Shown here one piece after another: positions 39,701-47,310 of a DNA stretch of 64,000 nucleotides (position 1 is its first letter; each line of letters opens with the position of its first letter). The position numbers were made by a program, and so were the translations under genes. The notes beneath the pieces were generated by a model that saw only the letters and a program-made list of their open reading frames with translations, was not told the origin of the DNA and searched no databases. Source of the DNA: an uncultured Lachnospiraceae bacterium (GTDB taxonomy: Bacteria; Bacillota; Clostridia; Lachnospirales; Lachnospiraceae); contig CAPQSW010000007.1 of assembly GCA_948688495.1 (NCBI GenBank), positions 35,084 to 99,083 of the forward strand, written 5' to 3'.

Positions 39701-40109
39701 TAAGAAATACGCAAGTATCAGCAGCAAGGGCGTACTGACTACGAATAAGAAGGGCGCAGGCAAGACGGTGACGGTTACGGCCACAGCCAAGGATGGAAGC
39801 GGAAAGAAGGGTACCATCAAAATTAAGATTATGAAAGGCGGCGTTACAAAGGTCAGTCTCAAAGCAAAATCAAAGAAAGTTAAGGCTGGCAAGAAAGTAA
39901 CCATAAAGACAACCGTTAAGTATAGCGGCAAGAAGAAGTCGGATGCAAACGTGAAACTGGCTTGGAAGACCTCTAATAAGAAGGTTGCAACGGTAAACAG
40001 TAAGGGTGTGGTAACTGCAAAGAAAGCCGGAAAAGTTACTATTACCGCAACTTCTACAGACGGGACCAAGAAGTCGGGAAAGATTAAGATTACGGTTACG
40101 AAGAAATAA
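33723..40109 (+). CDS. Giant secreted surface protein A (2x LamG-like, Ig-like/MucBP-like modules, FIVAR-like repeats, basic Big_2 tail)
   Basis: Signal peptide; 'WTHVAVV...LYLDG...FDDFQVYN', 'WHHIVCV...IRDFRIYN'; 'DYT.ESW..L..A' repeats; Lys-rich C-term. Confidence 0.85.
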   Translation: MKKGKRLLAGLLTAVMVFTSTGFKDMSFVKAATADFSQEIKVSGTLGGSGDQGTDDAQTIVAAYYDGDQPPENGSATSAAYVAWTTCRGNVDKADSARIGCLQFELPENLIKDNIQTATVTLNVVSMQKAECTSTSNSGTNNFTKLALYQTDNSGEVNPADDATYYAKNNDYKLAAASWGDKKLISSATVAIPNDTIISGKVTFDVKEALKNACDAESGIMTLRVMAPKGMVYISNEQSQGNEPELTIDASKANVSIAYVDESNAKIRDDKVLPEQQTIGQSYTYIVPEDEKVIKTETGVYGYDEGSQTSITVADTGNVVTLKYTKASPVSVSSPSTIYVIEGNAPVLPKQLPADTQIQGITAPVDVVWENVSEWKVGDNTVKGTVKELADAQVTAKVHVYECDQDYLIPNTANGVYTADGDANYNNSSPGVMYQFGKKYKGRIITEFDLKTTRKTNDNDKAIIYLDSQQETGAAWGTSTARMYFQGSVFGTTSGEDSSEAYKTNATINSKVPHDAAQIYRVRMEIDSSNKPSNFKVFITDEKGVETEISQTGGNRFRYYSTGEIQALFLGRYGFEVTNHKISWQSGYTTAQIDYLKPDGTKLADSTTSKEMPGSSKTIDTAMFTPKSEGSATYLFDADNSGWDVDGDGTIDGGDTPNTATMPAAEGKAIYRAVYKQAAFVDVAEAIETETLTGKQPILPLTVKANYEGVADPIPTEVAWDYDKFDFTTETPDAAPLEVTGTLVNGEKVTAKVHVKHAYLLASYTFDGENPAADSTGRHADADLHGVTTADIAGVDSGSNGVKLTGGSNGTSYVKLPDDLLQLTKADGAKETQDDFTLSMFINRESQGNSFAMILHATELNKPYSQGGPKGHLGLINKDTLMDMEYRIGGTTKANLTAKDENGNNIITPVGQWTHVAVVTNGTNNTAKLYLDGVLVGTVTGICKPSQLTAQNNCLGRASWDNQDYKATFDDFQVYNGILTEKEIQDIANTRLCNAPVQDVYNNLALSLKGEGTFDKDAVVGDLSLPKTMKTSDGKTVEGLKITWESNHSAVRTDGTVIQPSKGRPAAEVTLKATIQYGSSKKTKTFDIKVLPGENVSFVEFDEAFEEAKSKYVEVMANKAVYVQSTIDVLGTKLEEAKAVKDKENTNAADADEVDAMTAQLKAAMEGVKAKSLAEIGRTLLAWYSLDSSEEKVKDKSKNGKDGTAAATVTFDRDNGATFNGGAALANCITLPNDIEVGEKMTFAFWAKDSRGAKSNAFGIGSGNEFSGGAENKKAAHFFYVNTNDGNTLVASMNPSYWSGAVNISTPAAAKDTWHHIVCVLDGTKLTLYMNGRKIETKDVGHTVKEMWDSDPDTRCIYIGNCMYGKNPSNDGKDKDPDYKGSIRDFRIYNAPLAQEQVAEIYEYLKVPQMRYAKDDLIAAMTGARLEDDGTVTLNVTNLTTTDGKLNLLDTSYGADVTWKSSDNDVVNATTGVAAIPPEGDLETEKTANLTATITIGEGESQITETIVFKCKVFYALDISTDDLAQAIQAIKDEALDPDDYTQESWAALQYAISEAQKQVDRPTSTWDVEDAQSALQEARSGLVDISVLREKLGAIKSELMDLDENDYTETSWNALQDKVTAANTVLTRPDATQGEVESAIESLPDDTSMLVACGDTEALDEAIKKADALKAYSEAYTEATWEVFEAALEKAKEERAKRIEDYSEALEELNTAIHGLEIKEDHKLEGEVKAKLEGELAAAKAEALTESNYTKETWDTYQEALEAFEAVLGKEKVTRDEAEAASEALTEARAALEPVEDQIPNAEKKRELTDAYDAAVRAAEGMNPGVYTQESWQRFESALQAMKKIADRLAQEKNNVTKAEIDAAITELKAAEEALKQSVDKTALDKAIKDCGSLKAADYTAATWNAFKKALDDAKAVFAKANATQAEVNAALTTLNAKKQALKKPIKVGKIKITADYTKVAAGKKATLKANITPSDAANKAVAWSIDKTAKSKKYASISSKGVLTTNKKGAGKTVTVTATAKDGSGKKGTIKIKIMKGGVTKVSLKAKSKKVKAGKKVTIKTTVKYSGKKKSDANVKLAWKTSNKKVATVNSKGVVTAKKAGKVTITATSTDGTKKSGKIKITVTKK

Positions 40110-40145
40110 TTTTTGTAATTGGGTAAGAAATATTTAAAAGCCGCC

Positions 40146-40182
40146 CCCCCGTGGATGAACCAACTGTCCACGGGGGCTTTTT
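40146..40182 (+). terminator. Intrinsic terminator
   Basis: CCCCCGTGGA-N11-TCCACGGGGG-CTTTTT. Confidence 0.85.
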
Positions 40183-40300
40183 GTGCGCCTTGCGGCGCAC
40201 GTCACTAATATTTTGAATCTCCAGAGGCGTGAAATCCCAAGCCATATTTCGGAGCAGTATTTTATAAATTTTCACTAAAAATAGCATCTAATATCAGGTT

Positions 40301-40344
40301 TTTTGGTAAAAGTGCTTGAAAAATCCCTCCCTAAGTGTTAAAAT
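40301..40344 (+). promoter_or_regulatory. SigA promoter with upstream TTTTGGTAAA site
   Basis: TTGAAA-N17-TAAAAT with TG extension. Confidence 0.55.
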
Positions 40345-40543
40345 TTGAGAACAATAGGCATAATCTGCACAATAAAGGAGGGAAGGGAACAATGTGCAGA
40401 GTTACTTAATCATGGAGCGAATGTGGAAGGCGTCACTATCGGGAATAGGCAACCGAGACGCCGGGTTTTTGCTTTGTAATAAGAAGGGAGGCATGTCAGA
40501 GCAAACAGCAAGATATGTTATGTAGTAAAGTAGTTTAGAAAGG

Positions 40544-40577
40544 ATTATGGAAAGAGGAAAATTATGGAAAGAGGAAA
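40544..40577 (+). repeat. Perfect 17-bp tandem duplication across the start codon
   Basis: ATTATGGAAAGAGGAAA x2. Confidence 0.9.
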
Positions 40578-43500
40578 AGGTTTATGGAAAAGAATCGCCT
40601 CGCTCATACTCTGTCTGGCAATGGTAGTAACACTGATGCCGGCACAGTTTGCGTATGCAGCGGAAGGCGATACAACTGGTCGCGCCGGGGATACCGACAA
40701 TCAGGATGATCTGCCAGAAACATTGATGTATTTCAGCTTTGATGATGATATCACAGACGGTGGTAAGATAAAGGCTGAGATTGTCACACGTGATGACGCC
40801 GCAGGTACTGAACATGTGGCAGAGTGCGCTAAAGATGTAAAGAAGGTAGGAACCGGTGCATTACGGCTTAACGGGAAAAATAAAGCGGGAAATAATGCCA
40901 AGGGAGCATACTTGAAAGTTGCTCCAGGGGCATTGGCGAATGAGGACGGCAGCGGTAAGACAAAATTGACAATTTCCTATTGGAGCAAGGTAGCCCCGGA
41001 GACAGGCTGGGGAACAGGCTGGGTGTGCTTTGCGTCAGAGGGTGATAGTGCTGGCACTGCGAATAAGTACGTTGGCGTGCTTGACAGGTCGGATCACCTT
41101 GAAGTAGAGTGTTTTAATGGAGGAAGGGGCGGTTCAGGATCTGGCGCTAATATATCGGCAACCGCTCTTGGTTTTAAGGCACATACAGAGTGGAAACATG
41201 TTATGATTGTAATGGAAGATAAAGAATTAAGAATGTATGTAAATGGGGAAAAAATTGCAAAAGAAGAAATTGGATCAGGAATCCCCAATTTGGCGAACAG
41301 TACATTCTATATCGGATATGCAACTTACGGGGAATGCTACAATGGCTATCTTGACGATTTCACGGTTTATGATGGAGCTTTGACCGATGCACAGGCGGAG
41401 AGTATTGGCAAGCGTGCGATAGTAGAGGATGCCATTGCGCATGGAATTATCGATTCCCCGGATGGCGATAATTATAACATGAACGCAGGCGATACCATCC
41501 AGATTACGCCAATCAGCACAATTCCGGCAGCAGTGAGAAATCAGATTACATACAAATCTGCGAACCCGGCGGTTGCAACCGTGGATGAAGAAAGCGGTTT
41601 GGTAACAGCAGTAGCACCGGGTACGACTACGATTGAAACCACTATGAGGTATAGCGGACAGACATACAAGGGAAGAACCATTACCGTCAAGGTTGAGACG
41701 CCGGAAGAAGCGTTTACACCTGTTGCGACCTACACCTTTGAGGATGCGCAGGGGAACGGAAGTATACAAGGTGCTAAGGCTATATCCAAAGGTTTGGTGG
41801 ATTATAAGGGTGAGAAAGAGTATGCAGAGGGAAAAGACGGCGTTGGAAAGGCAGTGCGTACCAAAGCCGGCATAGCAGCATCTGGGTCAGGCGAGTCGGC
41901 GAAGCCGGCAGTCCCGGGCTATGGTCTTGAGTTAAAGGAGAAGAATCTTGGATCTGCATACACGGTTTCCATGTGGATAAAACCGGAGAATGAAAAGACC
42001 TTCCATCCTAATGGTCCAGTACTGGCGCTTGGACATGGAAAGACTGGTGATGAAAACTGGCTTGCCATTGCAGGACATAATAGAGGGGAAAATTCTCAAG
42101 CCAGAGTTTGGGCGCATGGAACGAAATACAATAAATCCAATACAGATTTCATCACAAATCCTGAGAGCGCTGACAGCACAACGTTCGAGGGGGTTCAGAA
42201 CAAGTGGACAATGCTTACGATTACGCAGCTTGGGAATAACGTAACCTTCTATAAGGATGGTGTGAAGACTGGAAAGGTCTATAAGGCTGATGAGGTCTTG
42301 AGCGGAACAAATGAGGGAATCTGTCTCGGAGTCAATTTCTGGGATACAGAGTTTAGCGGTTTATATGATGATGTATACGTATACGACAGCGCATTGACCG
42401 CTGAACAGGTTAAAAAGTTATATGTACAGGATGTCGATTCAGACTCCATGGGAATCTTTGCGGATGGTGAGGACTATGGCTATGTTAAGAGTGATCTTAC
42501 CCTTCCGGAGACATTCATGGGTTATGATGTTACCTGGACGTCCGAGACGCCGGGCAAGATTACGGCAGATGGTAAGGTAAATAAAGAAGCATTGGATGGA
42601 AGCACGGCAACGCTGAAGGCAACAATAGGAGATGCGGCTGAAGGCGCCGGCTGGAATAAGACCTTTGCATTAAGGCTTGCAAAAGCTATTACCATCAAGT
42701 ATGTAGATGAAACAAACAAGGAAGTAAGGACAGATACTGTATACGAAAAAGTAGGAACCAAGTATACATTTAAAGTAACAGAGGAAATGTTCTCAACAAA
42801 AGATGGCGCATATCAGTATGACGCTGAGAACAACAAGGAAGAAGACTTTGCCGTTGACGTTACAGCGGGTGGAGCGCAGACAATTACGGTAAAATATAAG
42901 GTATTGCCGGTTGGAAGCGTGGACTTTAGCAAGATTCCTGAAGATGTATATATGATTCAGGGCAATAAGGCGTCACTTCCTAAGACTGCAAAAGGAACAA
43001 TTACCGCAGATGACGGTACCGAGACGCCTGGTACAGGAGATGAAGGTGCAGGAAGCACAGACCCGGTTGAGATCGATGTGCCGATCCAGTGGGATGACTA
43101 TTCCGAGTTAGAGCCTAGCGCGACAGCTTACACGCTGGAAGGCTGGGCGGCAGGTAAGAAGTGTTCTGTAAAACTTCATATTTTTGAGTGTGATGAGTCC
43201 GTGGCTGATATAACGGCGCAAAACGGTAGTCAAAAGACGAAATTCCAAGGAGCATATAAGGGTATCGTTGAGACAGAGTACGATATTGTAATGACGGGAG
43301 AACTTACAGGCGACCTTGCAGTGCAGTATTTTGACCAGGGCGTTGCCCAGAATGGCGATACATTCTATATGCCTGCTGTATCCACACGCTTTACGGGTGG
43401 TAAGTTCTTTGTAAACGGTGGTAATGGAAAGGGTGGAAATGGTTCTGACAGTGGAAGCAAGGATTACCCGGCAGCAGAAAACAGGACAATCACCCATGAT

Positions 43501-46500
43501 GGAACAAGCGTTTATCATGTACGTACCAGAATAGACACCACAGGGGTATCGGTAACTTCGGGTACACCAGCAGAAGGAGAGACAGAGGCTGCACCGGATG
43601 TTACAGTTGGCAATGGTACATTCCGTGTATGGGTAACCGACCCGAATGGGGTGGTATCTGAAGTCACAGATCCGGCAAACCCGATGACTTCCCGTAAGAT
43701 TGTAACCGGTATTATTGACAAGGCTGGCGCGGCAAGAGCTAACTTCAAGATTACCAACCACAAGATCAGCTGGCAGTCCGGTTATGTCAACAAGAAGATT
43801 GAAATCTACTTAGGCGAGGCGACAACAGCAGAGAAGACAACAAGCGAGAAGCTTCTGCCCAGCAGCCTGTTAGGTGAGGAAGCGGCGGCAGCGGCTTATG
43901 CATATACGCCGACCAGCAGCTACACCAAGGATGGCGTGAGATATATACTGAACAAAGAGAAATCCGGCTGGTTTAAGGGAAATGACAAAATTACCAATCC
44001 GGCAGATGCGGCAGTATCCGTAGCAGACGCTACCCTGACCTACAAGGCATACTATGAATCTGGAATTACTAATTTTGCTGGTTTGGAAGAATCCCTCGAC
44101 GCAGCGAAAGCGTTCTATGAGAGCTCAGAGGCAGCTGGAATCTATACGGCAGCATCCTTAAAGAAACTGCAGGATGAGATTACAAAGGCTCAGGGAATTC
44201 TCGATACGCAGGGCACAGCAAATCCGGCAGCAAGTGATGTCGTAGATAAGGCAATCGAAGACCTGGATGCTTTGGTGGCAAAAGGATTAGATTTAAAGAC
44301 CTTTGACGAAATGGATGAGTCCATGGTGGCTTATTATCCGTTGACCAAGAATGTTAAAGATGCTACAGACGGCGGACATGACGGCAAGGTTATCGGAAGT
44401 GTTGGTTTCGACCGCAGTACCGGAGCAACATTCCCGGGCGGCGGCGCGCTTTCTAACTACATTACCCTTCCGGATACCATTCCGGTGACGGACAATATGA
44501 CATTCTCTTTCTGGGCATATGACCAGAATGGCGGTAGGAACACCTTCGGTATTGGTTCAGGAAAGAAAGTCAGCGGCAGCGCTGCATTAGATGGTTCCAC
44601 GACAGAGGCGCATCATTTCTCTATCTATGTAAGAGGAACAGGCAAGCTGCGTGCAGGCGGTGGAAATTTTGGCTGGGGCGGCAACATTTCAGAAGTGTCA
44701 GATATTGACATTGATTATGATAGATGGAATCTTGTCACATGCGTACTGGAAGGCAAGAAGTTGACTGTTTATGTAAACGGCGCTAAGGCAAAAGAAGGAA
44801 CAACAGGTGTTTCCCTGACAGAAGCATGGAATGCCAATGAGGAAGAACGTTATATCTTCCTTGGAAACAACATTTATGGGGCAAATAATGATGCGGACTT
44901 CAAGGGAAGCCTCAAGTACTTCCGCATGTACAATGCAAGTCTTGCAGAAGAACAGGTAAAAGCAATTTATGATAATGAACTGAATAGCAGGTTGGATACG
45001 GCTGCCGCAGATTTGGCAGATGAGCTCTTTGCAGAGACAGGAACCGGTGACAACGAAGGCAAATACACAATGACCATTACCGAAACAAGCATGGAACTTC
45101 CCTATAAGAGCGCCGGTCCGCAGGGTGAAGAAATTCGTTGGTCAACAGCTAATGAGGATGGCGCTATCAGCATTGGCGACGGAGTTGCAACCATAACATT
45201 ACCGGAAACGGGAACAGCAACCGAAACCTTAAAGGCTTCTATCCGCTTAAACGGAGGAAGAAAAGATGTTGATGTTGTTTGTACGCTGAAGAAACTTTCA
45301 CCAGAAGCGCAGGCAACAAGGACAGAGCTCAAAGAGGCGCTCAAGGAAGCAAACGCACTGGTAGAGACAGCATATACGACTGCCTCCTGGGCAAGCTTTA
45401 CGCAGATCCGTGACGCAGCGAAATCTGCATATAATAAAGCGGATGACAGCATGACTGCACAGAATACAGCTTTGAAAAATGCAATGGAAAAGGGCGGAAC
45501 TTTAGTACCGCTTGGCAATAAGACCGCTTTAAACAGGCTGATAGCTACAGCAAAGAGAGCGATGGATAAGGCAGATAAGGATGACTACGAAGAAAAAGTC
45601 TGGAATGACTTGGAGGCAGCCATCACACATGCAGAAGAACTCTCTGATGACGTAGGGCAGGATGAAGTGAATGCAGAGAAAGAAACATTGCAGGCTGCAT
45701 ATGATGCATTTAAACCTAAGACTTACACGAAGGAGCAGGCAGATAAGCTTGCCGCTGAAGCTAAGAAGCTCTTAGAAGGAAAGAATGAGTTTGAGTATGA
45801 TGAAAAAGTCTGGGCAGCTATGCAGGACGCACTGAAGGAAATTGCAGCGCTGACAGCAAATTCAACGGTTGAGCAGACGACAGCAGCATACAACAAGCTG
45901 AAAGATGCAATGGAGAAATTTGAGCCTAAGACGATTGACAAGGAAGCGCTTGGCACACTTGTTACAGATGTCAAAGGACAGCTCGCAGGCTTAAATAAGG
46001 CAAATTACCAGCCGGCGGCATGGGCAGCAGTAGAAGCTGCTCTGGCAGAGGTAGAGAAATTACCGGCAACTGCAAGCGAAGCAGAAGTTAAGGCGGCATA
46101 TGGCAAGCTTTGGAATGCGATGAAGAAATTAAAAGCAAGTCCATTTGTTGCAGTAAGCAGTGTTAAAATCAGCACGACCAGCCTGACGCTTGCAGTTAAA
46201 AAGACAGCAACATTGACAGCAACTATAGCTCCAAGCAACGCAACAAACCAGAAAAAGGAATGGAGCACCAGCAATCAGAAGATTGCCAAGGTAGACCAGA
46301 ATGGTAAGGTTACAGCCGTAGCAAAGGGAACTGCAACCATCACTGTAAAGGTAGATGGAAAGACAGCAACCTGTAAAGTGACGGTAACTGTTCCGGTAAC
46401 TAAGGTGGCAATTACAGAAAGTATTGGCGGCGGCAAGAAGCCGGCAGTTGCAGCAGGCAAGAAGATAACCTTGAAAGCAGGTATCACCCCAAGCAATGCA

Positions 46501-46950
46501 AATAACAAGAGCGTAACATGGAGCCTTGGCTCGAAGGACAAGAAATATGCGTCCATAAGCAGCAAGGGTGTATTGAGCGCTAAGAAGGCCGGCGCTGGCA
46601 AGACCGTTACGGTTACGGCAACAGCCAAGGACGGAAGCAAGAAGAAAGCAACGATCAAGGTTAAGATCATGAAGAATGCCGTTACAAAGATTACCCTCAA
46701 GGCAGGTAAGAAGACGGTGAAAGCAGGCAAGAAGATTACTGTGAAAGCAACCGTTAAGACGAACGGCAAGAAGGCAAGCAAGACACTTGCATGGAGCGTT
46801 GACAAGAAGAGCAAGAAGTACGCTTCTATCAACAGCAAGGGTGTACTGAGCACAAAGAAAGCTGGAAAGAACAAGACTGTTACTGTTACCGCGGCAGCAA
46901 CAGATGGATCCAAGAAGAAAGCAACCATTAAGATCAAGATTAAGAAATAG
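40564..46950 (+). CDS. Giant secreted surface protein B (3x LamG-like, Ig-like modules, FIVAR-like repeats, basic Big_2 tail); paralogue of A
   Basis: Signal peptide; 'WKHVMIV...GYLDDFTVYD', 'GLYDDVYVYD', 'GSLKYFRMYN'; shares 'TNHKISWQSGY' with A. Confidence 0.85.
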   Translation: MERGKGLWKRIASLILCLAMVVTLMPAQFAYAAEGDTTGRAGDTDNQDDLPETLMYFSFDDDITDGGKIKAEIVTRDDAAGTEHVAECAKDVKKVGTGALRLNGKNKAGNNAKGAYLKVAPGALANEDGSGKTKLTISYWSKVAPETGWGTGWVCFASEGDSAGTANKYVGVLDRSDHLEVECFNGGRGGSGSGANISATALGFKAHTEWKHVMIVMEDKELRMYVNGEKIAKEEIGSGIPNLANSTFYIGYATYGECYNGYLDDFTVYDGALTDAQAESIGKRAIVEDAIAHGIIDSPDGDNYNMNAGDTIQITPISTIPAAVRNQITYKSANPAVATVDEESGLVTAVAPGTTTIETTMRYSGQTYKGRTITVKVETPEEAFTPVATYTFEDAQGNGSIQGAKAISKGLVDYKGEKEYAEGKDGVGKAVRTKAGIAASGSGESAKPAVPGYGLELKEKNLGSAYTVSMWIKPENEKTFHPNGPVLALGHGKTGDENWLAIAGHNRGENSQARVWAHGTKYNKSNTDFITNPESADSTTFEGVQNKWTMLTITQLGNNVTFYKDGVKTGKVYKADEVLSGTNEGICLGVNFWDTEFSGLYDDVYVYDSALTAEQVKKLYVQDVDSDSMGIFADGEDYGYVKSDLTLPETFMGYDVTWTSETPGKITADGKVNKEALDGSTATLKATIGDAAEGAGWNKTFALRLAKAITIKYVDETNKEVRTDTVYEKVGTKYTFKVTEEMFSTKDGAYQYDAENNKEEDFAVDVTAGGAQTITVKYKVLPVGSVDFSKIPEDVYMIQGNKASLPKTAKGTITADDGTETPGTGDEGAGSTDPVEIDVPIQWDDYSELEPSATAYTLEGWAAGKKCSVKLHIFECDESVADITAQNGSQKTKFQGAYKGIVETEYDIVMTGELTGDLAVQYFDQGVAQNGDTFYMPAVSTRFTGGKFFVNGGNGKGGNGSDSGSKDYPAAENRTITHDGTSVYHVRTRIDTTGVSVTSGTPAEGETEAAPDVTVGNGTFRVWVTDPNGVVSEVTDPANPMTSRKIVTGIIDKAGAARANFKITNHKISWQSGYVNKKIEIYLGEATTAEKTTSEKLLPSSLLGEEAAAAAYAYTPTSSYTKDGVRYILNKEKSGWFKGNDKITNPADAAVSVADATLTYKAYYESGITNFAGLEESLDAAKAFYESSEAAGIYTAASLKKLQDEITKAQGILDTQGTANPAASDVVDKAIEDLDALVAKGLDLKTFDEMDESMVAYYPLTKNVKDATDGGHDGKVIGSVGFDRSTGATFPGGGALSNYITLPDTIPVTDNMTFSFWAYDQNGGRNTFGIGSGKKVSGSAALDGSTTEAHHFSIYVRGTGKLRAGGGNFGWGGNISEVSDIDIDYDRWNLVTCVLEGKKLTVYVNGAKAKEGTTGVSLTEAWNANEEERYIFLGNNIYGANNDADFKGSLKYFRMYNASLAEEQVKAIYDNELNSRLDTAAADLADELFAETGTGDNEGKYTMTITETSMELPYKSAGPQGEEIRWSTANEDGAISIGDGVATITLPETGTATETLKASIRLNGGRKDVDVVCTLKKLSPEAQATRTELKEALKEANALVETAYTTASWASFTQIRDAAKSAYNKADDSMTAQNTALKNAMEKGGTLVPLGNKTALNRLIATAKRAMDKADKDDYEEKVWNDLEAAITHAEELSDDVGQDEVNAEKETLQAAYDAFKPKTYTKEQADKLAAEAKKLLEGKNEFEYDEKVWAAMQDALKEIAALTANSTVEQTTAAYNKLKDAMEKFEPKTIDKEALGTLVTDVKGQLAGLNKANYQPAAWAAVEAALAEVEKLPATASEAEVKAAYGKLWNAMKKLKASPFVAVSSVKISTTSLTLAVKKTATLTATIAPSNATNQKKEWSTSNQKIAKVDQNGKVTAVAKGTATITVKVDGKTATCKVTVTVPVTKVAITESIGGGKKPAVAAGKKITLKAGITPSNANNKSVTWSLGSKDKKYASISSKGVLSAKKAGAGKTVTVTATAKDGSKKKATIKVKIMKNAVTKITLKAGKKTVKAGKKITVKATVKTNGKKASKTLAWSVDKKSKKYASINSKGVLSTKKAGKNKTVTVTAAATDGSKKKATIKIKIKK

Positions 46951-46976
46951 GCAGATAATGCTTATGCACAAATTGG

Positions 46977-47005
46977 AAGCCGGAGAGAATTTCTCTCCGG
47001 CTTTT
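46977..47005 (+). terminator. Intrinsic terminator
   Basis: AAGCCGGAGAGA-AT-TTCTCTCCGGCTT-TT. Confidence 0.9.
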
Positions 47006-47310
47006 CGTATATGGAGGTGTTGTTTTTAACGTAAAGCAGGCAGTTTGATTGACAAATTTCACAGATATATTTAAAAGGTTGCGCATTATTGCGCATTTTT
47101 TTTTGCTTTTTCCAAATATAATAGTGAAAATGAATAAAAATAGAGAGAAAATATTAGAACATCTGTCACTTGTGCAAATAAGAGATGTGTGTATAATCAT
47201 TAATATGAGCAAGCGATTGCGCTTTGGCGGTATTTAGGGATATGGGAAGAAGCAATCACTGCAGAGCGGCGCTTGCTGATACTTATTAAAATTAAGAAGG
47301 AGGAAAAGAA

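Noticed and set aside
40146..40200. Hairpins as IS200/IS605 ends
   Set aside because: No tnpA/tnpB nearby; position and U-tract fit a terminator
46129..46971. Long antisense ORFs over the Lys-rich tails (also 39593-40171, 57721-58197, 35307-36077, 60006-60716)
   Set aside because: Shadow frames of biased or repetitive coding sequence; no RBS or recognisable protein features
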